In this document: in pieces, positions 25,868-36,779 of the stretch
How the letters are laid out: the number at the start of each line of letters is the position of its first letter
How positions within the stretch are numbered: position 1 is the stretch's first letter
Origin: Macrostomum hystrix
Lineage: Eukaryota > Animalia > Platyhelminthes
Direction: 5' to 3'
DNA length: 64,000 bases
Assembly (NCBI GenBank): GCA_950097015.1
Contig: CATNEN010000001.1
Location: 12,462,001-12,526,000 of the forward strand
Position numbers and translations under genes: made by a program
The notes under the pieces: generated by a model
What the model saw: only the letters and a program-made list of their open reading frames with translations
Databases searched by the model: none
Told to the model about the DNA's origin: nothing

Positions 25868-26189
25868 CACCTGCAGTTTTGTGCATGATGCACTGATGGC
25901 GAATAAAAGTACATTTTTAACAAATCCTAACGATGCAGAAAGGATTTTAATAAAACGAACTTTAAAATTGCGTAGCGAAACAAATACGTTTTAGCGATTA
26001 CTGCTTTTAATAGAGTGGATGTGGACAAAAAATTAGTTAGTAATCTTTTGAAAATATATCAACTCGGATCTCATAGATCAGCAAATCAACAGTAACGGTC
26101 TCGTCTTCTTTGTCAAGCGGAACGAATAAAGTATTGTTTAACCATGAGTTGCAAAATTTTCAAAAAATATTCCGCTGGCGCACAATCAG

Positions 26190-26380
26190 ACAGATGAGTA
26201 CACCTGCCCTGAGTACACTTTCCATGTGCATTGAGGGTTGGCCCTCAAGGACAAAAATGCACGAAAAGCCACCCAATATATTTATATCCGTGGCTGCGCC
26301 AAAAATGAGTGTAGCCTCGACGTGGAATCGAGCTCATGGACCTTGATGCGAGAGGCAAACGTGCTAACTGCTCTGCCACT
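26190..26380 (-). mobile_element. SINE-B fragment
   Basis: Similar to 17440-17606. Confidence 0.65.
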
Positions 26381-26688
26381 GACTCTTACAAATGAACATC
26401 TTGATTAGTTTATTGTGTCGAGTTCTCACCTCGTGATAGCTTTTCTGATAAATCAGTTCGAAGAAAAATTAAAATTATTCAAATTCTTGAATTGAGCACG
26501 AGTCAACAAATTAGATTGATGTTACTGTCAGTAGTGTTACGTAAATTGAACAATCTGCTTTGGAAGCATTTTGCATTCGCTAATTGGCTAGAAACATTTC
26601 TCAAGAGAAATTTGGCTAGATAAAGTGTAGCATACACACACTCAGTTTAGAAGTGACTCGCTTTCTAAGAATCAATCTGACGTCTGCA

Positions 26689-27526
26689 ATGCTGATCGCG
26701 GTAGTGGCAGCGGCATTGTCCGTCAGTTTTCTGCTCGGACCGCTGTCTGGGACCTTCGGTCACACAGTCCGGCTGAGCATCACCGCCGGTTGTCCGAGTA
26801 GCCCCAGCGATTTTCCGCAAATTTCTGGCGTCATAGACAGCCGCTCCTGTTCCGTAGAGTGCGCCGTGCGACTCAACTGCACCGCTGTTTTCAAACAGGG
26901 CGAAGTGTGCTACTTCGCGTCTGGCGATCAGTACCCGCGGCTATGGACTGCCGGCGGCTGCAGCAGCGAGGTAAGACAAAGGACAAAGGAGAGGGGGCAG
27001 AGTGGCAGAGCCACTGTACAGTATGTACGTGTACAGATTTACACACCTGTGTGAGCGTGTGCCTGCGTTAGGTATCTTCGAGCGGGTGTGCTCAGGAATG
27101 GGCGGAATTTCCTTCTTGCTGGCTGCGGGTCTCCGACTAAAACTGAAGAGCTTGATTCTGAGCGGTAAATCCTGAGCGGTAAATCCTGAGCGGTAAATCC
27201 TGAGCGGTAAATCCTGAGCGGTAAATCCTGAGTTGTAAATCTGCGGAGCGAAGGCTCGCAGGCTTCTAGGGAAATTTTCAGTAATAAAGGCCAAACTAAA
27301 AAGTACTATGATAGTGTACGGCGTTCATTTTCGAACCCCGCACCTCCAGACGGTGCCAGCCAGAGTCGGCTGCGCAGTTCCCAACGAAAACTGCACCGGC
27401 CTGGCGCCAATGCGCAAGCACTGCGCCAAGAACGACTACTACCTCACCTGCTCTGTCTCGAGTGTCTACATTGAGATGCCCTGCGCACCGGGTACATCAC
27501 GCGACGCTGGCACCTGTCCATCGTAG
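26689..27526 (+). CDS. Divergent secreted PAN + six-Cys CBM14-like protein (exons 26689-26970, 27350-27526)
   Basis: Signal MLIAVVAAALSVSFLLG; SRSCSVECAVRLNCTAVFK...CYF; donor GAG|GTAAGA; exon 2 C...YYLTC...EMPCAPGTSRDAGTC. Confidence 0.78.
27157..27243. repeat. 14-bp tandem repeat (CTGAGCGGTAAATC)n in intron, next to an internally deleted SINE-B (26993-27133)
   Basis: Visible array. Confidence 0.85.
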
Positions 27527-27754
27527 GGTGGACTCGGACAGGGCAACCAATCATTTGACTAAGCGTGTCTCAAAACATTTTCCAATAACAATCAGAACAA
27601 TGTGGACTTTTCTGTCTGTACGCGCTCGTAATTCTTCTGTTTTAAAGTTACGAAGCACAAACTATAAATATGATATCAAAAGGTTGATATTGTACGCAGT
27701 GTCCTTTTAGTAAAAGAAATTTTTAAGAGGCTGAGAATGAGAATAAAAATATAC

Positions 27755-28928
27755 TTGAAGTCTCACGTTGAAGATACCTGAAGTCTCACGTTGAAGATAC
27801 CTGAAGTCTCACGTTGAAGATACCTGAAGTCTCACGTTGAAGATACCTGAAGTCTCACGTTGAAGATACCTGAAGTCTCACGTTGAAGATACCTGAAGTC
27901 TCACGTTGAAGATACCTGAAGTCTCACGTTGAAGATACCTGAAGTCTCACGTTGAAGATACCTGAAGTCTCACGTTGAAGATACCTGAAGTCTCACGTTG
28001 AAGATACCTGAAGTCTCACGTTGAAGATACCTGAAGTCTCACGTTGAAGATACCTGAAGTCTCACGTTGAAGATACCTGAAGTCTCACGTAGAAGATACC
28101 TGAAGTCTCATGTAGAAGATACCTGAAGTCTCACGTTGAAGATACCTGAAGTCTCAAGAAGGCCTGAAGTCTCATGTAGAAGACACCTAAAGTCTCATAT
28201 AGAAGACACCTGAAGTCTCATGTATAAGTGACCAGAAGTCTCAAGAAGGCCTGAAGTCTCAAGTAGAAGAGGCCTGAAGTCTCATGTAAAAAGGCCTGAA
28301 GTCTCATTCAGAAGTGACCTGAAGTATCATGTTGAATGGACCTATAGTCTCATGTAGAATATACCTGAAGTCTCATGCAGAAGACACCTGAAGTCTCATA
28401 TAGAAGACACCTGAAGTCTCATATAGAAGACACCTGAAGTCTCATATAGAAGACACCTGAAGTCTCATATAGAAGACACCTGAAGTCTCATATAGAAGAC
28501 ACCTGAAGTCTCATATAGAAGATACCTGAAGTCTCATGTAGAAGACACCTGAAGTCTCATGTAGAAGACACCTGAAGTCTCATGTAGAAGACACCTGAAG
28601 TCTCATGTAGAAGACACCTCAAGTCTCACATAGAAGACACCTGAAGTCTCATGTAGAAGACACCTGAAGTCTCATGTAGAAGACACCTGAAGTCTCATAT
28701 AGAAGACACCTCAAGTCTCATATAGAAGACACCTCAAGTCTCATATAGAAGACACCTGAAGTCTCATGTAGAAGACACCTGAAGTCTCATATAGAAGACA
28801 CCTGAAGTCTCATGTAGAAGATACCTGAAGTCTCACATAGAAGACACCTGAAGTCTCATGTAAAAGACACCTGAAGTCTCATATAGAAGACACCTGAAGT
28901 CTCATATAGAAGATACCTGAGGTCTCAC
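27755..28928. repeat. 23-bp minisatellite (GAAGTCTCACGTTGAAGATACCT)n
   Basis: Tandem array with two homogenised sub-blocks. Confidence 0.95.
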
Positions 28929-29334
28929 TAAGAAGAGACCCGAAGTAGGAAAGCGCACGAAAGGGTTAGTGCAAAGCAGCAGTGCAAGGGTTTTAAAAAA
29001 ATTGCTTCATCCCTGTTTTTCAAGTGCATCAAACAGCATCCGAGATAGACCAAACATACTGCGACGCCATTGCAGATGTTGACAAGAACAATGTTAACCC
29101 GCCATCGCTTCCTGAAAACCAAATTCCTTGCTACCCAATCCTGTCTCATCTATATTTCAGCCAGCCAGCATGTCTTGCCTAATGACAAGCTTTTGTCTAT
29201 CGGTTTTTTCATTGATCTTCACTTAGTCGCTTGACTGCCTACTTTTTTCTGCGTCATTGGAATTCATAAAGGGTGGAAATTTTTTTCAGCAACGCAAATG
29301 CCATCATCCATCAGTACTTTTACAGCAATTTAGC

Positions 29335-30296
29335 TTTAGCATTTGCCTCTCGCGCCAAGGTCCCTGAGCTTGATTCCGAGGAGAGGCCACATTCATTTGG
29401 GGCGCAGCCGCGGAGAGAAGGCTTTGGGGCTTGTAGTGCAATTTACGCCCTAGAGGGTCAAACTCCAAGGTACAGTTCAGTGTACACTGCCTGACGATGG
29501 GAAAGTCAGGGCAGATGTACACACCTGTGTGAGTTTGTGCTCAGGAGTCAGCGAAATGGGCAGAATTGCCTCCTCGCTGGCTGCGAGTCTAGTGAATGAA
29601 TGAATAGAATGGATTGCTATTCTGTCTCTGGCTATTTTCGTTTTTGACTCTTTTGCATCCGGTTCCCCCCCGTGCCTTTTCATTGGTTGATGATTGCCAT
29701 AGACAAGTTTCGGTCTTCGCCCCTTTCTTTCGATGCACAAGCGCAAAGAACTGAGAATGTAGAACACAATACTGAGCTCTTTGTCAAGACAAAATGCGAT
29801 GCCATCTTCACATTGCTCATCCATTCGGTCAGTTGAAGTGGAGATTTGACAGGAAAAGAAAAGAAGCTGATATTCACTCCAGTGTCGTCCCGCATCCCTG
29901 ACTTGGATAGACATTCTAGTGCAGCACAGTAGTGCTTTGAGCCATTAGGCATGGCAGTGATAAAAGTCTCTAAGCACGAATCAGTCGATTTGTCTACTTT
30001 AAATTCTCAGTTGCTTTCGCTCGTGTTTTGAAATAAAGGGGGAAGACCTACAAGCACGATTCGAGAGTCGATTCGTCTACAATAAAATCTGTTCTTTGCG
30101 CTTGTGCATCGAAACAAAGAGGCGAAGGCCGAAAATTGTCTATGGCAATCATCAACCAATGAAAAGGCACGGGGGGAACCGGATGCAAAAGAGTCAAAAA
30201 CGAAAATAGCCAGAGCGAGAATAGCAATCCATTCTATTCATTCATCCATGGTCTAGTGTCACAAAATGATGTGCCATTGCCTGCAGTCCCCCTTAT
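29335..30296 (+). mobile_element. SINE-B copy split by a MITE insertion
   Basis: The SINE-B body stops at GTCTAGTG (29594) and resumes at 30251. Confidence 0.75.
29595..30250. mobile_element. Non-autonomous DNA transposon with ~170-bp TIRs and 8-bp TSD, P-superfamily-like
   Basis: TSD GTCTAGTG at 29587-29594 and 30251-30258; the right terminus reads CATGGATGAA inward; long imperfect inverted repeats. Confidence 0.8.
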
Positions 30297-30702
30297 AATA
30301 AAAATAATAATAATTATCTACTGAACTATCTAATTCAGCCATCATCTACTATACCATATATTATTTATATCAGCCAGTAAAGCATTCTGGTGACATACAA
30401 AGCTAACAGATTCAAGGCAAGCTAGGCGAACTGAAGTTCTTTGTCACATCTTAGCCAACCAGAAAACTGTTTGTCAAGTGGACACTAGAAAGCGGCAGTC
30501 GCTATGGAAATATTTTTTCAATGCTAACAGACATTTAATTTCATTAGTATGAGTGCATCAAAAATAATAGAATATTTATTACAGTCACGCAACTTCATGC
30601 AAATCAAGTAGTAGCTTTTACTGAATGCTAATTAATTTGCACTTTTCAAACCCCGGCTTTCGGGTCATTATCTACTGAATGAAGTATCCTGGGTATACGA
30701 TT

Positions 30703-32184
30703 ATGACCAATTGAATGAGGCATCATGGACTGGTGTAATGACCAATTGAATGAAGGATCATGGCTTGGTGTAATGACCAATTGAATGAAGGATCATGGCC
30801 TGGTGTAATGACCAATTGAATAAAGCATCATGGCCTGGTGTAATGACCAATTGAATAAAGCTTCATGGCTTGGTGTAATGACCAGTTGAATGAAGGATCA
30901 TGGCTTGGTGTAATGACCAATTGAATAAAGCATCATGGCCTCGTGTAATGACTAATTGAATGAAGGATCATGGCCTGGTGTAATGACCAATTGAATGAGG
31001 CATCATGGCTTGGTGTAATGACCAGTTGAATGAAGGATCATGGCCTGGTGTAATGACCAATTGAATGAGGCATCATGGCTTGGTGTAATGACCAGTTGAA
31101 TGAAGGATCATGGCTTGGTGTAATGACCAATTGAATAAAGCATCATGGCTTGGTGTAATGACCAATTGAAGAAGGATCATGGCTTGGTTTAATGACCAAT
31201 TAAGCATCATGGCCTGGTGTAATGACCAATTAAATGAAGGATCATGGCCTGGTGTAATGACCAATTGAGTGAAGCATCATCGCCTGGTGTAATGACCAAT
31301 TGAATGAAGCATCATCGCCTGGTGTAATGACCAATTGAATGAAGGATCATGGCTTGGTGTAATGACCAATTGAGTGAAGCATCATCGCCTGGTGTAATGA
31401 CCAATTGAGTGAAGCATCATCGCCTGGTGTAATGACCAATTGAGTGAAGCATCATCGCCTGGTGTAATGACCAATTGAATGAAGCATCATCGCCTGGTGT
31501 AATGACCAATTGAATGAAGGATCATGGCTTGGTGTAATGACCAATTGAATGAAGGATCATGGCCTGGTGTAATGACCAATTGAATGAAGCATCATCGCCT
31601 GGTGTAATGACCAATTGAATGAAGGATCATGGCTTGGTGTAATGACCAATTGAGTGAAGCATCATCGCCTGGTGTAATGACCAATTGAGTGAAGCATCAT
31701 CGCCTGGTGTAATGACCAATTGAGTGAAGCATCATCGCCTGGTGTAATGACCAATTGAATGAAGCATCATCGCCTGGTGTAATGACCAATTGAATGAAGG
31801 ATCATGGCTTGGTGTAATGACCAATTGAATGAAGGATCATGGCCTGGTGTAATGACCAATTGAATGAGGCATCATGGCTTGGTGTAATGACCAATTGAAT
31901 GAAGGATCATGGCTTGGTGTAATGACCAATTGAATGAAGGATCATGGCCTGGTGTAATGACCAATTGAATGAGGCATCATGGCTTGGTGTAATGACCAGT
32001 TGAATGAAGGATCATGGCTTGGTGTAATGACCAATTGAATAAAGCATCATGGCTTGGTGTAATGACCAATTGAGTGAAGCATCATCGCCTGGTGTAATGA
32101 CCAATTGAATGAAGCATCATCGCCTGGTGTAATGACCAATTGAATGAAGCATCATGGCTTGGTGTAATGACCAATTGACCAATT
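30703..32184. repeat. 34/35-bp minisatellite (TGGTGTAATGACCAATTGAATGAAGGATCATGGCT)n
   Basis: Tandem array. Confidence 0.96.
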
Positions 32185-33057
32185 GTTAATAGCGGTAAAT
32201 TTGCACCGAAATACAACCAAAAGCTAAACAAGATCGCACACACTTAACATGGCGCTGTCTCATGTATATATATATAATATTTAAACAAATTTTGTTACGA
32301 AAACCAGACTTCCCAAAAGTTAAACAAAACAAAATCGAATCAATACAAAATTTACCGCGAGCTAATAAAACCAAAACATAGATAAATCAATCAATCAGAT
32401 TTTTTACTTTTAAAAGCAGAAAAAACACAAAGCAATATTGTGATTATGAAAATCAGGCATCTAGAAAGTGAACAATAAATTAATAATTTTTTTGGTAAAA
32501 TTAAATTGAAATCGTTTTTACTGGCAAATTGATCCGAGTTAGAATAATATATAGGCTAAAGATTTCTCTATAAAACTGCAAAAGTTAAATATGAAATTTT
32601 TGTAAAAAACACAAATTTAGTTTCTGTTATTAAAAAAGCAAGGAACCGTTTTTTTTCAACCGGCGAATTTCTAATTCTCAAATTCGACGTCTCAAAAACA
32701 TGAATTGTTGAGCAGTAGAAATCTAAAAAAAAAGTAACTTAAAAAAAATCTGCAATGCAAAACAGGAAAAATTGGGAGAAAACTACAGTTAAAATTCTGT
32801 GATTGCTAATGCACACAGACGCATGGGCCCGACAATAACAGGCATTGTTTACTGAGCTCACAGAATCAATGAGTGGAGTGTCTGACAGCTTTCTGTCTAC
32901 CTGTGAACGATAAAATTCGCACCATAAAATAGAAATCTTTATTTATTTATTTTCTTTGAAACTTAAAATGATTGAAAAGTTCCTATTTTAAATTGCCAAA
33001 TGACTTCGGGGGGGATTAATTACCGAATCTTATGACCCGGGAGGGTGTAATTGACTG

Positions 33058-35080
33058 ATGACCGATTTCCTCATATGACCAGGATTAGAGTAATGACCGA
33101 TTTCCTGATATGACCAGGATGAGAGTAATGACCGATTTCCTGATATGACCAGGATGAGAGTAATGACCGATTTCCTAATATGACCAGGATGAGAGTAATG
33201 ACCGATTTCCTAATATGACCAGGATGAGGAGTAATGACCGATTTCCTAATATGACCAGGATGAGAGTAATGACCGATTTCCTAATAAGACCAGGACAAGA
33301 GTAATGACCGATTTCCTAATATGACCAGGATGAGAGTAATGACCGGTTTCCTAATATGACCAGGATGAGAGTAATGACCGATTTCCTAATATGACCAGGA
33401 TGAGAGTAATGACCGATTTCCTAATATGACCAGGATGAGAGTAATGACCGATTTCCTAATATGACCAGGATGAGAGTAATGACCAATTTCCTAATAAGAC
33501 CAGGACAAGAGTAATGACCGATTTCCTAATATGACCAGGATGAGAGTAATGACCGATTTCCTAATATGACCAGGATGAGGAGTAATGACCGATTTCCTAA
33601 TATGACCAGGATGAGAGTAATGACCGATTTCCTAATAAGACCAGGACAAGAGTAATGACCGATTTCCTAATATGACCAGGATGAGAGTAATGACCGGTTT
33701 CCTAATATGACCAGGATGAGAGTAATGACCGATTTCCTAATATGACCAGGATGAGAGTAATGACCGATTTCCTAATATGACCAGGATGAGGAGTAATGAC
33801 CGATTTCCTAATATGACCAGGATGAGAGTAATGACCGATTTCCTAATAAGACCAGGACAAGAGTAATGACCGATTTCCTAATATGACCAGGATGAGAGTA
33901 ATGACCGGTTTCCTAATATGACCAGGATGAGAGTAATGACCGATTTCCTAATATGACCAGGATGAGAGTAATGACCGATTTCCTAATATGACCAGGATGA
34001 GAGTAATGACCGATTTCCTAATATGACCAGGATGAGAGTAATGACCAATTTCCTAATAAGACCAGGACAAGAGTAATGACCGATTTCCTAATATGACCAG
34101 GATGAGAGTAATGACCAATTTCCTAATAAGACCAGGACAAGAGTAATGACCGATTTCCTAATAAGACCAGGACAAGAGTAATGACCGATTTCCTAATATG
34201 ACCAGGATGAGAGTAATGACCGGTTTCCTAATATGACCAGGATGAGAGTAATGACCGGTTTCCTAATTTGACCAGGATGAGAGTAATGACCGATTTCCTA
34301 ATAAGACCAGGACAAGAGTAATGACCGATTTCCTAATATGACCAGGATGAGAGTAATGACCGATTTCCTAATAAGACCAGGACAAGAGTAATGACCGATT
34401 TCCTAATATGACCAGGATGAGAGTAATGACCGGTTTCCTAATATGACCAGGATGAGAGTAATGACCGGTTTCCTAATTTGACCAGGATGAGAGTAATGAC
34501 CGATTTCCTAATAAGACCAGGACAAGAGTAATGACCGATTTCCTAATATGACCAGGATGAGAGTAATGACCGGTTTCCTAATATGACCAGGATGAGAGTA
34601 ATGACCGATTTCCTAATATGACCAGGATGAGAGTAATGACCGGTTTCCTAATATGACCAGGATGAGAGTAATGACCGATTTCCTAATATGACCAGGATGA
34701 GAGTAATGACCGATTTCCTAATATGACCAGGATGAGAGTAATAACCGATTTCCTAATATGACCAGGATGAGAGTAATGACCGGTTTCCTAATATGACCAG
34801 GATGAGAGTAATGACCGGTTTCCTAATATGACCAGGATGAGAGTAATGACCGATTTCCTAATATGACCAGGATGAGAGTAATGACCGGTTTCCTAATATG
34901 ACCAGGATGAGAGTAATGACCGGTTTCCTAATATGACCAGGATGAGAGTAATGACCGATTTCCTAATATGACCAGGATGAGAGTAATGACCGATTTCCTA
35001 ATATGACCAGGATGAGAGTAATGACCGGTTTCCTAATATGACCAGGATGAGAGTAATGACCGGTTTCCTAATATGACCAC
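33058..35080. repeat. 35-bp minisatellite (ATGACCGATTTCCTAATATGACCAGGATGAGAGTA)n
   Basis: Tandem array. Confidence 0.96.
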
Positions 35081-35574
35081 CTGTTGAGGACAATTGTCTC
35101 GTTGTTGTTAGTACATGAGACATGATTAGCGGCAGAAGTCTAACGTTTTTAATCAGAAAAATTAATTTGCCATTGCTGTGAATTACTCTGACTAAAATAC
35201 CTTACTTTACTAGAATTTATTATTTTCCATAGGGATAAGCAACATTTTTACAGCAAAGTCATGGAGTCCACTTTTGGCACTACGCAGAAAATCACACGCC
35301 ATGATTGATTGACTTGTAAAAACTAACAACAATTAACCAATAAACTTTATTTGACCACAAAATTGACATTACGAGCTATTAGTTTTTTAGTTTTCTCTGC
35401 TTGTGTGTACTTTCGTCAAATTGAACTGACAATGATAAGAAAAATTTTAAATAGACAAAATATTCAACTTGATGCACATAAATCCAAACACATAAAAGTA
35501 CATTTCACATGCTATGAGACACAGAAAATAACTTGGAATCTATTTTTGAGTACAATTGGGAACATACTTTAAAG

Positions 35575-36599
35575 TAGATTTGAGAATATATTTCAAAGTA
35601 GATATGAGAATAGATGAGATAATAGACATGAGAATAGATGTGAGAGGAGACATGAGAATATATGTGAGAGGAGACATGAGAATAGATGTGAGAGTAGACA
35701 GGAGAATAGATGTGAGAGTAGACATGAGAATAGATGTGAGAGTAGACAGGAGAATAGATGTGAGAGTAGACATGAGAATAGATGTGAGAGGAGACATGAG
35801 AATATATGTGAGAGGAGACATGAGAATAGATGTGAGAGTAGACAGGAGAATAGATGTGAGAGTAGACATGAGAATAGATGTGAGAGGAGACATGAGAATA
35901 GATGTGAGAGGAGACATGAGAATAGATGTGAGAGTAGACAGGAGAATAGATGTCAGTGGAGACATGCGAATAGATGTCAGAGTAGACATGAGAATAGATG
36001 TGAGAGGAGACATGAGATTATATGTGAGAGTAGACAGGAGAATAGATGTGAGAGTAGACATGAGAATAGATGTGAGAGTAGACAGGAGAATAGATGTGAG
36101 AGTAGACATGAGAATAGATGTGAGAGTAGACAGGAGAATGGATGTGAGAGTAGACATGAGAATAGATGTGAGAGTAGACAGGAGAATAGATGTGAGAGTA
36201 GACAGGAGAATAGATGTGAGAGTAGACAGGAGAATAGATGTGAGAGTAGACAGGAGAATAGATGTGAGAGTAGACAGGAGAATAGATGTCAGTGGAGACA
36301 TGAGAATAGATGTGAGAGGAGACATGAGAATAGATGTGAGAGGAGACATGAGAATAGATGTGAGAGGAGACATGAGAATAGATGTGAGAGTAGACAGGAG
36401 AATAGATGTCAGTGGAGACATGCGAATAGATGTCAGAGTAGATATGAGAATAGATGTGAGAGGAGACATGAGATTATATGTGAGAGTAGACAGGAGAATA
36501 GATGTGAGAGTAGACATGAGAATAGATGTGAGAATAGACATGAGAATAGATGTCAGAGTAGACATGAGAATAGATGTGAGAGTAGACATGAGAATAGAC
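35575..36599. repeat. 24-bp minisatellite (GAGAATAGATGTGAGAGTAGACAT)n
   Basis: Tandem array just 3' of the nuclear receptor stop codon; explains the STLTSILM ORFs. Confidence 0.96.
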
Positions 36600-36779
36600 T
36601 ACAGGCTCGGTACATTTGAGAAGCAAAGATCTGATAAAGAAAAACGGGAAACATTAGAGAAAATAAATAGCAGCAAATAGAAAGCAAAGCAAGTTTAAAC
36701 AGAAAAACAAAGAATGAAAAGAAGTTCAAAACAGATTCGATAATGGATAACACACGCACGAGTTTGTTCAGAGGAAAAT

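Noticed and set aside
29485-29520. CTGACGA...GAAA in SINE-B as a possible hammerhead ribozyme
   Set aside because: Only 3 nt separate the core motifs and no stem III can form; better explained as a simple hairpin.
35540-36680. STLTSILM / RIDVRVD repeat ORFs
   Set aside because: Artefact of the 24-bp minisatellite.
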